Shown in pieces: positions 10,620-24,485 of a stretch of DNA of 64,000 nt. The DNA lies in contig NC_083411.1 of the NCBI RefSeq assembly GCF_020745735.1, positions 45,751,395-45,815,394 of the forward strand, given 5' to 3'. The position numbers were made by a program, and so were the translations under genes. Within the stretch, counting starts at the first letter, position 1, and the number at the start of each line of letters is the position of its first letter. The stretch is from Hemiscyllium ocellatum (lineage: Eukaryota). Below the pieces are notes generated by a model, which was not told the DNA's origin, made no database searches, and was given only the letters and a program-made list of their open reading frames with translations.

Positions 10620-13545
10620 AACTCAACAATTCTGCAAACAATTCCACAAAAGAATTGCTCCTGTTTTTATCTGTCAGCCAGGGCTCCCTGATTTGGCTGT
10701 TAAGCTGGTCCAATTGGGGACTCATTCCATGAAATCCCCAGGCTGACCCCATTATAATCACCACACCCAGGGACATAGGCCTATTGTTTATCTTGTAGCC
10801 TCTCCTGGGGTGTTTATAAATGTGGCCAGTACCTCTGACTCTGCCTTGGATACAGGTGACATATAGCGGACACTAGGTCAGCGCCTGCACAGGGAGTGTC
10901 TCGGAATAAGTTTGTCCTATTCTTCAGGCGGTAAAAGCATGGAGGCTGCAACATGCGCTGTGTCCATCTCAGACACCGAGGCTTTTTTTGACAATAGATG
11001 GAGGGAAAAAGCCTACAGTTTTCCACAGCCTTGCCAGCTGTTCTGAGGGGCCAGCTATGTTTTGCTCTTGCCCTGTTTGCAAGTTTGCAGCTTTCATGTG
11101 GTCCAAATGGTAGTTCAGGACCGCCTCACCGACCCAGACTTTGTACGCCACAGAACCTGACCTTGCGCCAACCATGCCTCTTACCCACACAGGGCCATTT
11201 CCATGGTTTTGGCACCAAATGTCATCCCCTGAAGTAAACTTGCTCGATTGCTTAAAGCAGTCTTGTGTCAGACATTAGTGTTTATGATGGCTTTCTACAT
11301 CCTCGCCCACTCCCCAACATGTCAGGGAAGATCAGATTTAACCTGGCATGGAGCCTTCCCCCCATTTGTGACTCTGCTGGAGCTATTCCAGTGGTTGCAT
11401 GTGGGGTGGTCCTATTATCAAACAGGAACCAGGTCAGTTTAGTATCGAGTAAACCTAGGAGCTGTTTCTTTGAGCCTGCCTTCTTTGTTTGGATGGCTCT
11501 TTCTGCTCGACCATTGGATTTCGGATGATATGGAGCTGTCGTTATATGTCGAATGCTATTCAATTTTAGGAAACACTCGATGTCCCCGCTGGTAACGGAT
11601 GACCTATTGTCGGTGACCAACACTTCCAGGAGTCCTCGGATTACAAAGGATGCTCAAATCTTTGCTACGGTCCCTGTGGATGATGAATGAACTTTATGCA
11701 CGTCCAACCAATTTGAATAGGCATCCACAATAACGAAGAATATTGAGACCACGAAAGGGCTGGAATATTCCAAGTGTAACCAAATCCCGGGTTTACCCGA
11801 CTATTCCTGTGAATGTTGGGGAGATGCTGGCAGTACATTTTGTCCTTGTTGGAACTCTGAGTAACACCCCACCAATGTGAACATATCTATATTCAATCCT
11901 GGCCACCAGACATAACTTCTCGCTAACATCTTTATTTGGATAAGCCCTGGATAACTTTGATGGAGTATCCGGTAGCAACCTTTCCTCGGGACAATCACTC
12001 ATGTCCGACATAATAACATGACGTCCTCTCCAGTGGTGTAGACTCGCCAGGTCCAGAAAGATTGCTATTCTGGTTATGATGGTCCTTATATTTGCTGCAT
12101 CACTACCAGCTGTTTCAGTTTTGCTCAGAGTGCATCTTCTTGCGTCCACACGTTGAAAATGGATTCTTCCAGTGGCAGCACTACCACTGGTGTATCTGCC
12201 AGTGGGAGGCAGTTCAGGGCATCTGCCATTGCTACTTGGCCTCCTGGACGATGTAATTGTGCACACTTGGAATGAGAACCACTCCTGAATTCGACCAGAA
12301 GCTAATGTAATCTAATAGAATGCCCACAGTGTGGAAATAGGCCATTTACCCAACAAGCTCACAGCGACCCTCCAAAGAGTATCCCACCCAGACCCATTCC
12401 CCTACATTTACTCTACATTTTACCCCTAACTAATGCACCTAATCTACACGTCCCTGAACACTACAGGCAATTTAGCCTGGCCAATTCAGCTAACCTGCAC
12501 ATCTCTGCGATGTGGGAAGAAACCTGAACACCCGGAGTAAACTCATGCAAAATGTGCTAACTCCACACAGACAGTCACCCGAGGGTGAAATCGAACAAAG
12601 GTCCCTGGCACTGTGAGGCAGCAGTGCGAACCACTGAGCCACCGTGCTACTCTGGATGACACAGGCTTGTTCTCTTTGAATAGCCCTAGCAGTAGTTTGT
12701 GGTCTGTTATTACAAATTTACATCTGTAAAGGCATTGGTGTAACTTAATCAATAGCATTGGCTTCAGCCAAAGTCCAGGAAGCCGACATCATTGGGCATT
12801 TCGTTCCATTGAGCCACTGGTAGCCACTGCAACCCAAATCTGTCTGCGGAGGCATCACATGTCAGCACCAGATCTCACTTGCAGCATAGGGTGCTTACAC
12901 CTTCAATGATGAAAGCTACTTCCTCATTTCCCTAACGACCATATCTTGGCTGCAAGACCATTTCCAAGGCTGACCCTTTTCCAATGGCAGATGTAAGGGT
13001 GCCAGGATTGAGGCCAGGGTAATGTATGAACTTTCCATAATAATTTACCAATCCAAGGAAAGACCAAATCTCCACTATTGACATGGGAGCCCAGCACATT
13101 TGTTCATCCTCACGTTATCTTCCAGTGTTTCTTGTCCATTCTGAAGCCCAATGTACCTGGAACACACATTTTTAACTTCAAATGCATATGTCCATGTGCA
13201 AGAAACAGCTAAGGACTATGTCCAAGTTCTCAAAGTGCTCTTCATTGGTCTTCTCTGTTATTACTACATCATCTAAATAAATAGCAACCTTGGGTTGACC
13301 ACCGGGGTAGAACATTGTAAAATGTTCTCCATCATCCACTGAAAAATAGTACAGGCTGATGGTAGCTCAAATGGCAGTCTTATGTATTGGTACAAGCCCT
13401 TATGGGAATTAATTGTCGCATATGTTTGGAAATCCTCATTTAACCACAATTGCAAGTACACATGTCTCATGTTCAACTATGTGATGGACATAACCCCTGT
13501 GCTAGTTTTGTATATAAATCCTCAATGTGAGAGTTTGGGTATGTG
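10620..13545 (-). mobile_element. Decayed Gypsy LTR retrotransposon (RT, RNase H, integrase remnants)
   Basis: YATINSHKGLYQYIRLPF (RT), VITDHK (RNase H), KMLARSYVWWPGL, LVTDN..TAPYHPKSNGRAER (integrase); many frameshifts; boundaries approximate. Confidence 0.88.
12305..12650 (-). mobile_element. HE1-like SINE nested in the Gypsy element (paralog ~45775-46122)
   Basis: Reverse complement begins gcacggtggctcagtggttcgcactgctgcctcacag. Confidence 0.8.
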
Positions 13546-13831
13546 AGAGTTGGGCTGACTGCTCTGTAGTTCCCAGCCCTTTCCTTACAGCCCTTCTTAA
13601 ATAATTGCACAATATTAGCCACCCTCCAGTCTTCTGGCACCTCCCTTGTGCCTGTCGATGATATAAATATGTCGACTAGGGATCCTGCAGTTTCTTCGTT
13701 AGATTCCCACAATTTCTTGGGATACACTTGATCAAGTTAAGAAACTTCCAGAATATATGGGAATGGATTTGGGAGGTGACATCATTTTCAATGACTTTGG
13801 AGAGAAAAGGGACATTGATTCTTTGCAAGTA

Positions 13832-14232
13832 CCGTATATACTCGAGTAGAAGTCGATCTCATGTAAATGTTGACCCCATGTTTTTGGTCAAAATGTTCGG
13901 ATTTTTCCATAGATCTCATGTAAAAGTCAACCTTGGTTATTCACAGATAACAAATCAACACTTATGAGTCAGTGACCGTACCCATTACATTCCACTCCAG
14001 CTTTCCAATCCACCAGCTGTCACGTTCTCTCCAGGTTTTCAGAATTGCTGTAATTCTTGTGTATTGCATCTTTATTCGTTTAGAGATCAGCTGGGCTTCT
14101 GTTACCGGTACAGTATGTATTTTAACGGGCACGAATTTGAACTGAGGCATCCCTGTAATAGTCAACCCCATAAACTTAACTTTATAAATTAGTGACAAAA
14201 TTCAATTATTTCTCGAGTATACTGGACTGGTA
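13832..14232. mobile_element. Non-autonomous Tc1/mariner-superfamily-like element (paralog ~47304-47704)
   Basis: ta|ccgtatatactcgagta ... ctcgagtata(c)tgg imperfect terminal inverted repeats. Confidence 0.5.
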
Positions 14233-14819
14233 TCTGGAATACAGTACGACAATACCACTCTTCCGTAGCAAGCAGAATGCAGGCATTTATTTTGGCGATA
14301 AATATTCAATATGGCCATAATTCTTTCTCCTTTTGTTGTTTATTATTTGACCTAGAGATCTGGATCTTATTTGTCCATTTTTGACTCACACTAAGCATGA
14401 CTTTCATCCCCTCGAAAACAATACTCATATCATAGTCGAACCCCTAATTTCAGCTTCAACAAGCCATCCAAAAAATTGGACTTTTACACTAGTATGTACA
14501 GTTCTTAGGAATTGAACAGATAAGGATCTAAAAGTATCTGACAACTGGAGGAATCTCTTCATTTCAAAGATGTGGGTCAAATCTTTGGCCCTTGACATTG
14601 GTGATTTTGGAGGCAGGAAGGGCACCTCATTAGACAGAGAATTAAGTGTAGGAAGGCCCACGGTCAACTTTCCCATCCAGCAAATCATATCCATCCAATC
14701 GAGACCCTTGAGACCAAGTAATGGCCATTCAGGGGTCTTAGCTGACTGTTGCTGGGGTTAACCCCATGGCAAGCTGGCATGTTACTATGCAGCATACACT
14801 GTAGATGTTCTCCTGCTGC

Positions 14820-14948
14820 ACAACCACCAAATGAAGGACCTGTGCTCCGAAAGCGAGTGCTTCCAATTAAACCTGTTGGACTATAACCTGGTGTTGTGTG
14901 ATTTTTAACTTTGTACACCCGAGTCCAACCCCAGCATCTCCAAATCAT
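14820..14948 (+). mobile_element. Penelope-like 3' terminal fragment with a degenerate hammerhead (paralog ~48293-48421)
   Basis: caaatga-aggacctgtgctcc-gaaagcga resembles CTGATGA-stem-GAAA. Confidence 0.55.
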
Positions 14949-16135
14949 GCAGACAGCTTGTCACCTCAGGAGGAATGGGCAAGGATCTCTTGATCCAAAG
15001 CCAATCAGTATCTGATCAAGGGATTAGACATCTCACAGGTGGGTGCTTGTCTGTCGTTGGACAGAGCCCCAACCAGAAAACCTACTCCCCTGCCACCCCA
15101 TCACTTCCCTTTCTCCTAGTTCACCCTGCAATCCTTGGACTCTGAATGGGTGTATCTCCAGCAGGAGCCATGGCCTCCTCTATGACATGCCAACATAAGA
15201 CCCATTGGCCTATGTTTAGTCAGCAGCTCCCTCCAAATGGGACCTCCATCCCTGTGCATCTGATTCCCAGGAAAGTCCACTTGTGGTTTTGCCACTGCCT
15301 AATTGAATTGTGATGCAGTGGGCCTTCCCTGGAAGAGGCAGTGTTAATCTCTCACTCACTCTCCTGCCTTCAGAAGTTTCTGATCATATTATGGAAGGAA
15401 ACAAAACGCAAACATGTGGTAAGGAAGGAAGATTTCCAAAATGATTTGAACCCTTTGAACAATAACTTTATTAACAGTTTCCAAAATGATAATCAATTAT
15501 TTATTGATAATACAGCATTTAAATGAGAACACTTTCTGATACAAATGTTAACATAAGCTGAACTCCAATGATATGGTAATGCCATAAAAAAAAGATGCAG
15601 AACATGAGCTTGATTGAAAATAAACTTGCCTTTTGTTTAATGTGTTGAAAAAGGGAGGATTGATTCAGAACAAAGGAATCTTGGACCTTGAGGATATTTT
15701 GTTATAGTCGTCTTCGCAATCACTGGTCCTCCTGTCTTATAGTATCTCAGCAGCTGGGACCCATGGGGGAACTGGCAGAGGGTAAGTGAGCAATATGGTC
15801 GTAGAGGTGAGTGTGTCAGCTTTAGCACAACATGAACCTTGGAAATACAAAGTTGTCAGTGGAAGGGTTTCTTTTATGAATTGTGTCCGTCAGTGACAAT
15901 AGATTACAGTTTATAACAATATGGTTTAAGGTGAGGGGAAAGACTTAAAAAGGCCCTGAGGGTTATTTTTTCATGCAGAGGGTGGAACGTGTCTGGAATG
16001 AGATGCCAAAGGAAGTGGTGGAGTCTGGCACAATTACAACATTTAAAAGGCATATGGGTGGGGATATGAGTTGAAAGGGTTTAGAGGATATGCCAAATTT
16101 TGGAAAATGGGACTAGGCTAGATTGGAGTATTTGG

Positions 16136-16275
16136 AAAAATCAATGACTGCAGATGCTGGAAACCAGATTCTGGATTAGAGTGTGCCGGAAAAGCACAGC
16201 AGTTCAGACAGCATCCGAGGAGGAGGACGATCCTGCCTGAACTGCTGAGCTTTTCTGGCACCACTCTAATCCAAA
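16136..16275. mobile_element. Short fold-back Penelope-derived insertion; copy 1 only
   Basis: Inverted arms tggattagagtg..gcagttcag / ctgaactgc..cactctaatcca; TSD attgga(g/a)tatttgg. Confidence 0.75.
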
Positions 16276-16364
16276 TTGGAATATTTGGTCAGTGTGGATG
16301 ACTTGGACCATAGAGTCTATTCACATAGATATGGGAGCCTATGGGTAGCAGCAGCTTTATGATT

Positions 16365-16695
16365 CCAGTATCCTGTATTGTCTTCACTGGGAAGCTGCTG
16401 CTAACAGCATGTCTGCAATTTACATCTGCTTCAGTCAACCGACTAGCATGTGCAAATGCTTCCTCTGTATTGTGAGTCACATTCTTTGAAGCAAACAGTG
16501 GCAGTTTGTGGAAAGTTACTTTGAAGTGGTTTGTGGTCAGTTCTGAATGTTGTTTTGTCTCCTGGAAGTAGGTATTGATGAAAATGTTCACAAGCAAAGA
16601 CAGTGGCCAGGCATTCTTTGTCCATTCGAGCATAACGTGTTTCGTTTCCGTTCATGTCCTGGAACTAAATGCAACCCGCTGATCTTGCTGCATCA
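16365..16695 (-). mobile_element. Gypsy RNase H fragment (paralog ~49665-50000)
   Basis: ETRYARMDKECLATVFACEHFHQYL..FRTDHKPL. Confidence 0.75.
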
Positions 16696-17583
16696 GGGTT
16701 GTTCCAAATCCTGTCTCACTGGTACTGAGGAGTGGGCCCTTGATGCCAAGTGCAATCTCTCTCACATCACCTGTGCAGTTCATCTTTTTGGACCGTGTTT
16801 GGATCAAAGCTGCCACGAAGCCAGGAACTGTGTGGGCTTGGCAGAGCCCAGACTGAGCATCAGAGAGCAACTTTTTGTTGAGCTAGTGTTGTTTGATAGC
16901 AACATCACTTTGTTAATGATTGACAGGACATTGAAAGGGCAGATCATTCGGTCTGTGCTGCCATTTGTCAATTAGATTCCAATGTACAAATTGCTTAGGG
17001 CTTTGGCAGATTGTGGTGCTGGTGCCTTCAGTCGTATTGCTGCATGTTGTCAGGGCCCTTTGCCCTTACTTTATCCAGTGCCTTCATCCTTCATCATGTA
17101 TACTGAGATCTGCAGAGAACTGAAATCTTTTCTGACACTTTTCTCTGCTTTGTGCAACAACTGTTCTAATGCCACGTGAGTGGGCTATAGACTGAATGTG
17201 CTGATGGGTTTAACAGCATTGGAAAATAAGCTTCCTCTTGATAAGGCTTTATACTGGGGTTGTTGTTTGCTGGGAGGAAGACTATACCTTAACACAGGTT
17301 TAAAATGTCATTGAATGATAGTTATGAGGATGGAAAAACGTACCAATGTGGAAATTACCCATAATCAAAAGTGAAACGCAGTCCCAGTGAGTTTTCTTTC
17401 TGTAGGAGTCCATTTCAGTCATAATGCTGTTGTCATATTTTAAAAGGGAGAATTACAGAGAAGGAGCTAAACGTTGGAACTGAATCCATCACCGTCAAAA
17501 CGGACACACAGATATTTCAGACCACAGGAATGGGGGGCTGAATCGATGCATCCTGTGCTGGATGATTCCAGCAGCGAGGGACA

Positions 17584-17589
17584 TTTATT
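17584..17589 (-). terminator. Candidate polyadenylation signal, gene A
   Basis: AATAAA ~260 nt after the stop; present at the homologous position in gene B. Confidence 0.55.
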
Positions 17590-17849
17590 TAAATTTGTAT
17601 TTAATGAAGGGGCAGCCTGGGCGCAGGGAAGACATGAAATTAATTGGAGTCTAAAATTCTCCTGAACTTACACTTTGAAAAATATATTGTTCTGCAATAA
17701 CATTTCCTTGATGTCAGGGAGGAATATTTTCACAAATGAGTTCAGTAACAAAGGAATACTTTAGAGCAGGCTTGCATCGACGCTGAGGGCTAGATCCCAT
17801 TTACCCACCAGCTCCAGTATTCACTCACTGCACCGATGTTTGGTTTGGA

Positions 17850-19089
17850 TCATTTTTCGGTCCCAAATGCAGCCATCACCACTTTCTGTGCACTCTCTGT
17901 AAGATCATCCAGTGCACCACTCAGCAGTTTGTAGGTCATAAGGAACGAAGACGCTGCTACGAAGATGGGACCAATCACTGGGATCAACCAAACGGCAAGC
18001 TCAATTGTTGGAACAGTCTCAGCAGCAGCACCCCAGGCCAATCTGTTTATGACATCAGGGGTTATCTCCCCCCCGACCAGGGGAGTTGTCACCACTGCTT
18101 TCAGATCCTCCACAGATTTCCCTGCCCTTTTGGCCAGACTTTGAAGAGATGAATCATTCAGACCCAGACATTGTTGGAAACGTACTATTTCTCCAATTAC
18201 TATCCTAATGTCACAGCCCAGGGAGACTCCAGGAACTGGCACTACCCCAATTACCCCAGAAAGTATTGCCAACATCCAGATTCGTTTCCTTAGCTCTTTC
18301 CTTTTCTTCTCCACAATCTCTGAGTTTAAATTTGGAAGGGCGAGGATGTACATATTTTTCATAATATTTGTAGGGTCATCTTCCAGAGCTTTATTTAACA
18401 GACTAAAATCGTACAGATTCAGGTCAAAGTTTGATATCAGGAACACTCTGGGTGATGGGATCCCTGTCCTTTGCAGCTTGCTGACACAGTCATTCCTGAT
18501 CTTCTTCAGTTCTTCCTCTTCATTAAATTGCTTCCCTCCCTTTCTGTTTGAATCAAGATCATTATCAATTTTAGATCGAACAAAATAGAAATTCTTCACA
18601 AGCCGTTTGATCTCTTTGGCAAGTTTTGAGTCATTTTCTGTGAATCGACAGGCTGAGATAATAACGACAAAATCATATTTGTTAAATTTCATTTCCTTCA
18701 GGTATTTATTCAGTGGCATTTCCAGGGATCCAATTCCTGGCAGATCCCAGAAACAAACATTTGGCAGGTTGGGATGTTTGTATCCCGTTGGCTCCATTGT
18801 GGTTTCTATGTTACCAACTTCAGCTGCTCCCTCATCATTGAACTGAAGTCCCCTCATCGCATTGATGAAGGAAGATTTCCCTGCACCTGATCCTCCTGTT
18901 ACTGCAACATTAAGCTCGGTATTGTCCAGTTCAGTTATTTTCTGCTGTACCACTGTTTTAACCTTTTCAACTCCACCTGATTCATAATCAGACTTGAGTT
19001 TAGTGAGCTCTTCATCAGTGAAGAATGAAGAGTTTGAAGATTCCGCTGTTGCATTTTCCAAATGGTATGAAGTTTCAGCTTCTTGATCT
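17850..19089 (-). CDS. irgc-like: IRG gene A, main coding exon (exon 3); immunity-related GTPase / interferon-inducible GTPase 5-like, GKS type
   Basis: G1 GGSGAGKS, G2 ETTM, G3 WDLPGIG, G4 RSKID, FLISN and the IRG motif VPVPG. The ORF-track start is a TTG, not ATG. Acceptor ttttctttcag ends at 19090 and the exon begins in phase 2 (A|GAT CAA GAA...). Orthology to IRGC is not established. Confidence 0.95.
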
Positions 19090-19299
19090 CTGAAAGAAAA
19101 GTTTAAATAATCTTGAGAAATGCTCAGAGCCTCCTAACACACTTAATTTCCATTGGTTGTTAAAATGAAATCAATATTTTTAATATAGCTGATTGTGATG
19201 CCCAATTAATATAAAGGGTCTGAGCCGAACAATAAAATGAATGCCTGTCACCCATTTATGTTTAGGCCCATAGCTACCACATTTCAGGGTAATCATGTC

Positions 19300-19323
19300 C
19301 TCTCTCTCTCTCTCTCTCTCTCT
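19300..19323. repeat. (CT)n microsatellite
   Basis: About 12 CT units; shorter at the paralogous site ~53615. Confidence 0.9.
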
Positions 19324-19539
19324 TTCTGGACAGTAGCAACCAAATGTCTACCTCCACACCCCAAGTTTCTCTTCACCAATCTGTGAATCATCTTCCTTCA
19401 TTCTATCTAAGCTCCCATAGGGGTGGTTCCAAACTGCTTTTTGTGAGGCTCAGGTGTTGTGATGGATCAAGTGGACTGAGGGTTGGTTAAAACCCAAACC
19501 CAGGGCCTTGCTGTTGAAGATACTCCTCTTGTGTTGAAG

Positions 19540-22500
19540 GACTGAAGAAGAGGAGAGTTTAATAGGGTAGAGGAGCTGTATGCCTTCCAGTATACTATCT
19601 TTATAAGCAACATTGCGCAAGTGTAATGTGTTGCACTGATTGGTTGTATTCTAGAGGAGGAAGACACAAAATGTTTTAGTTTGCATAAACCAAGGCAGCA
19701 CGGACACATGGTATGTGTGAGAAGTCATAGATGATACCAGTCACATAACCAACCGCAAATGCAGGTGATGTAACCAGCCACAGAAACCTGGGCTTTGCAG
19801 TTTGGATTGGCAGCTAGAGTCACTATGATGCATCAGCAGGGCTGAGATCAAGGTGGATAGCATGTTCACAGAGGTAGTCAAACTGCAGGCTAGGATCTTA
19901 CAGACAGAAAGGAAATGGGTGACTGTCAAACAGTCCCAGAGAACCAGGAAGAGAACCCTGATTGGCTTTCTAGTTTGAATATTGGTGAGGGCAGTGGTTC
20001 CTTGTATGAGTGCAGTCAGAGACAAGTTCATGGCTCTATGGGTGGTTCAGCTGGACAAGAGGGGAGAATGATAGAGGATTCATTAGGTAAGGGAACTGGC
20101 ATTTGTGTGTTACTCCCTGGTACCAGGGCCAGCAGTGTCATTAGTGATTGCAGAACATTCTTCTGGGAGAAGCTGAACTGGTGGAGGTCGTGGTGCTTGT
20201 GACTTGGATAGGAACAGCAAATTTCAGGGAGCTGGAAACGAGATTGAAAAGCAGGGGCACTTAAGCAGTAACTTCAGAATTCCTTCCGTCTCATCTGAGA
20301 GTCAGCACAGAATTAGGAAAATGGACCTTGTGGCTGGGGAATCTTGTGGAGGGAGGGAGGGCATGGAGAAGATGAGCATCTTTGTAGGGAGATTCACTTG
20401 TGCTGCTGGGGGTTTAATGTGGTTTGGAAAGGGAAAGGGAAGCTGAGAAACTCCAATTTGAGTGAAACAAATCCACCAAAAAAAAAATCAGAATTAAAGG
20501 TATTGCATCTGAAGGCATGCTGTGCAGCATTCACAAAAGGTTAATAATGTGAAAGGACAATTTCAGGTAAATAGGTTTGAGTTAGTTGCAATTATAGAGA
20601 TGCGGCTCCACGTGTACTAAATTTGGAAAGTGACTATCTAAGGATATTTGGCATTTATGAAGGACAGGCTAAAAAGGAGGTGACAAAAACTTCTGATAAA
20701 AGATGAAATCAGTACATTAGTAAGACAGGATCTTTGGTCAAAGGAGCAATATGTAAAATCAATTTGGGTGGAGTTACGTTGAGAACAAGGGCGAGCAAAC
20801 GTCGGTGGATTTGGTTATCAGCCATTGTAAGACATGAATTATAGGGGGAGAATTAGGCCATTTGGCCAATTGGGGCTGCTCCACCTTTTCATCATGGCTG
20901 ATATGTTTCTCAACCCCATCCTCCTGCCTACTCCCTTTCACCTGTGATCACTTAACTAATCTAAAACCTATCTCCATCTTAATGGCTTGGCCTCCACAGC
21001 CTTCTATGGCAATGAGTTCCACAGATTCCCCACCTCTGGGGAAATTCCTCATCTCTATTCTAAAGGATGTCCCTTCACACTGATAGGCTGTGCGCTGAGG
21101 TCCTCGTATCTCTTATGAGTGTAAACATGTTCTCCATTTCTGTCCAGGTTTCTCAGCATTCTGTAAGTTACAATGAGATGCCCCTTCATCCATCTAAACC
21201 CCATCAAATACAGAACTAGAGTTCTAAACCATTCCTCACATGATAATTTCTTCATTCCCAGGATCATTCTGATGAACCTCCTCTGCGCCCCCACTAAGGC
21301 CAGTATATCCTTCCTTACATTTGTGACCTAAAATTGCTCACAATATTTCAAATTCAATCTGATCAGAGCCTTATACAACATCAGCAGTACATCCCTGCTC
21401 CAGACATCTTGAAATGATAGCTAACATTGTATTTGCCTTCCTAACAGCCCGTTGAACCTGCAAGTTAACCTTCTGAGAATCCTGAAATAGGAACTTCTAA
21501 GGCCATTGTGTTTCAGATTTCCAAAGTCTTTCCCCATTTAGAAAATAGTCTACATATCTATTCTTCCTACCAAAGAGCATAACCTAACTTTCCCGAATTG
21601 TTTTCCATCTGTCACTCTCCTAGCCTCTCCAAGTGCTTCTGTGGCCTCCCCACCTCGTCATCAGTACCTGTTCCTCCACTTTTGCATCATCTGCAAACTT
21701 AGCAACAATGCTCTTTCATCTAAACCATTTATATGTAAAGTGGATAGCTGTGGTCTCAACACTGACCGTTACAGAACTCCACTAGTCACCAGCTAGCATC
21801 CTAGAAAGACCCTTTCAGCACTATTTTTTGCCTTTGGCTTGTGAGCCAAACCTCTATCCATGCTGGTACCTTTCCCCTAACAGCACAGGCTCTTGTTTTA
21901 CTCAGCAGCCTCCTATGTAGCACCTTGTCAAAGGCCTTCTGGAAATTCAAATAGATCATGTTCATTGGTTTTCCTTCGTCTAACTTGCTTGTTACCTCTT
22001 CAAATAATTACAACAGATTTGTTGGATATGACTTCCTCTTGTTGAAGTTATGCTGACTCATGTACTTCCATATTTTTTCATGTACTTCCAAGTGCTCTGC
22101 AATCTCATCATTAATATTGGACTCTAAAATCCTACTAATGAGCTAGGTCAGGTTAACCAACCTGTAGTTTCCTGTCTTCTGCCCCCTTCCCTTTTTAAAA
22201 AGGGCTGTTACATTTAACCATTTTCCAGTTGTCTTTTACCCACCTTTACTCCAGTCATTCCTGACAAATCACCATCATTGCCTGTATAATCTCTACAGTT
22301 ACAACTTTCAGAACTCTGGGGTCTCACCCATTGGTTCAGATGATTTATTCTCCTTCAGATCTTTCAGCTTCCCCAGCATCTTGTCCTTAGTGATGGCCAC
22401 AACACTCACCTCTGTTCCCAACTGTCTTGAAGTTCTGGAATGCTGTTTGTGTCTTTCACCATCAAGACTGATGTAAAGCACCAATTCACTTCCCCAGCAT

Positions 22501-23620
22501 TCCTTTGTTCCCCATGATGACTTCTCCAGCCTCATTTTCAACCGGTCTAATGTCAACTTTAGCCGCTCTCACACTTTATATAAAATGCAACTCTTGCACT
22601 TTATATCACTGGCTGCTTTACCCTCATATTTCATCTTCACTTTCTCTCTCTCTCTTCACCCACCACAGCACCCCCGCAACTTATTACTTTTTTAGTTACC
22701 CGCTGCTGGTTTTAAAGGCTTTCCATTCCTCTAGCTTCCTGCTCATTTACAACACATAATTTTGCTTTTGCATTTATACTGTCTCCATCTTCCCTTGTCA
22801 GTGATAGTTGTCACATCCACACCCTCATATTTTTCTTTTTCCTTGGGATTAATTTCTGCTGTGCCTCCCAATTTACCCAAGAAATTTCTACCATTGCTGC
22901 TCAACTCCCCTTCCAATCAACTCCGGCCTACTTCACCCTTATGTCTCTGTAGTTACCTTTACTCCTTCACATTTGTTTTATCTCCTCATTTATTTTCTGC
23001 CCCACATCCTGAATACTGCTAGGGGACCTGTACATAATGTCTTCATGGTCCTTTCTCCTTTGCGGTTCCCCAACTCTCCCCACCTGGCTATGATGGAATA
23101 TAAATTCCACAATAATCTGGAAAGAAAAGCCAAATGATGGCCTTGAAACCATTGTCAATTGTTAGGAAAAATCCACATGGTTTCCTTTCCTTAGGAAAGG
23201 AAATCTACCATTCTTACCTGGTCTAGCCTACATGTGACTCCAGACCCACAGCAATGTGGTTGACTCTTAGGAATGGGTGATAAATGCTGGTCCAGTCATC
23301 TGGATGAATAAAAAAAATTCTACATCATCTTACTCTACATCGCTTCTTACTAACAATTAAATTTAATTTCTTACTAACAAGGCAACTCTACCACCTTAGT
23401 CTGTCTGCAGGTCCTGTCGATAATATGTGTATCCTTGGATATTTAGCTCCCAGTCCTGATCTCCTTGCATCCACGTCTTTGTGATGGCCATAATATCATA
23501 CCCGCCAATTACAATCTGTTCTACATCTTCATTTAATTTGTTTTGTATTTTGCACACAGACCTGCATTGACTGCCCACCTATATGTCTGAAGTTAGATCC
23601 CTGACCCTTTCCATACTCTC
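19540..23620. mobile_element. Nested old CR1-type LINE fragments in intron 2 of gene A
   Basis: Endonuclease remnants (YDIMAITKTW, ELNIQGY) and RT remnants (QRRFIRMILGM); both orientations; boundaries approximate. Confidence 0.65.
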
Positions 23621-23684
23621 TGTCCTATTACTTGTTCTGGAAACTTTAAGAACCTTTCCTAAGCTCTCCCAATCGCTTAGAGTG

Positions 23685-24485
23685 GCAAATGTAGTTTAAT
23701 TTAGATCAACGTGAGGTGCTGCATTTTGGAAAGGCAAATCAGGGCAGGACGAATACACATAATGTTAAGGCCCTGCGGAGTGTTACAGAGCAAAGAGACC
23801 TTGGCTGTAAGTTCACAGTTCCTTGAAAGAGGAATCACAGATGGAAAGGGTGATAAAGAAGGCATCTGATACACTTGCCTTAATTAGTCAGTGCATTGAT
23901 TATAGGTGTTGGGACATTGGTCAGGTGCTTTTGGAAGACTGTGTTCAATTCTGGTCTCCCTGCTATAGGAGAGATGTTGTGAAACTTGAAAGGGTTCAGA
24001 AAAGACATACAAGGATGTTGCCAAAGTTGGAGTGTCTGAGCTATGGGAAGAGGCTGAATAGGCTGGGGCCATTTTCCTTGGAGAGTTGGGGGCTGAGAGA
24101 TGACCTTACAGAGATTTATAAAATCAAAAGGGGCATGGAAAGGGGTGAATAGCCAAAATCTATTCCCCCAAGGAAGTAGAGTCCAATAGTAGAGGGCCTA
24201 GGTTTAAGGAGAGGGGAAAGATTTAAAACAAACCTCTAAGGGGCAATGTTTTCACACACAGGGTGGTGCGTGTACAGAATGAGCTGCCAGAGAAGATGGT
24301 GAGGCTGGTACAAATAAAGCATTTAAAGACATCTGGATGGGTATATGAATAGAAAGGATTTGGAGGGAACTGGGCCAAATGCTTGCAGATGGGACTAGAT
24401 TAACCTAGGACATCTGGTTGGCATTGATGAGTTGGATCAAAGCGTCAGTTTCCATGCTGTTTAGCTCTCTGACACTATGACTATA
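23685..24485 (+). mobile_element. CR1 3' fragment
   Basis: CVQFWSPCYRRDVVKLERVQKR; ctatga-type tail. Confidence 0.88.

Noticed and set aside
18208-18846. Antisense ORFs over the IRG coding exons (also 51527-52356)
   Set aside because: Shadow frames of the real CDS.
19059-19061. Start codon of the 403-aa ORF
   Set aside because: It is TTG, inside an exon that starts at 19089.
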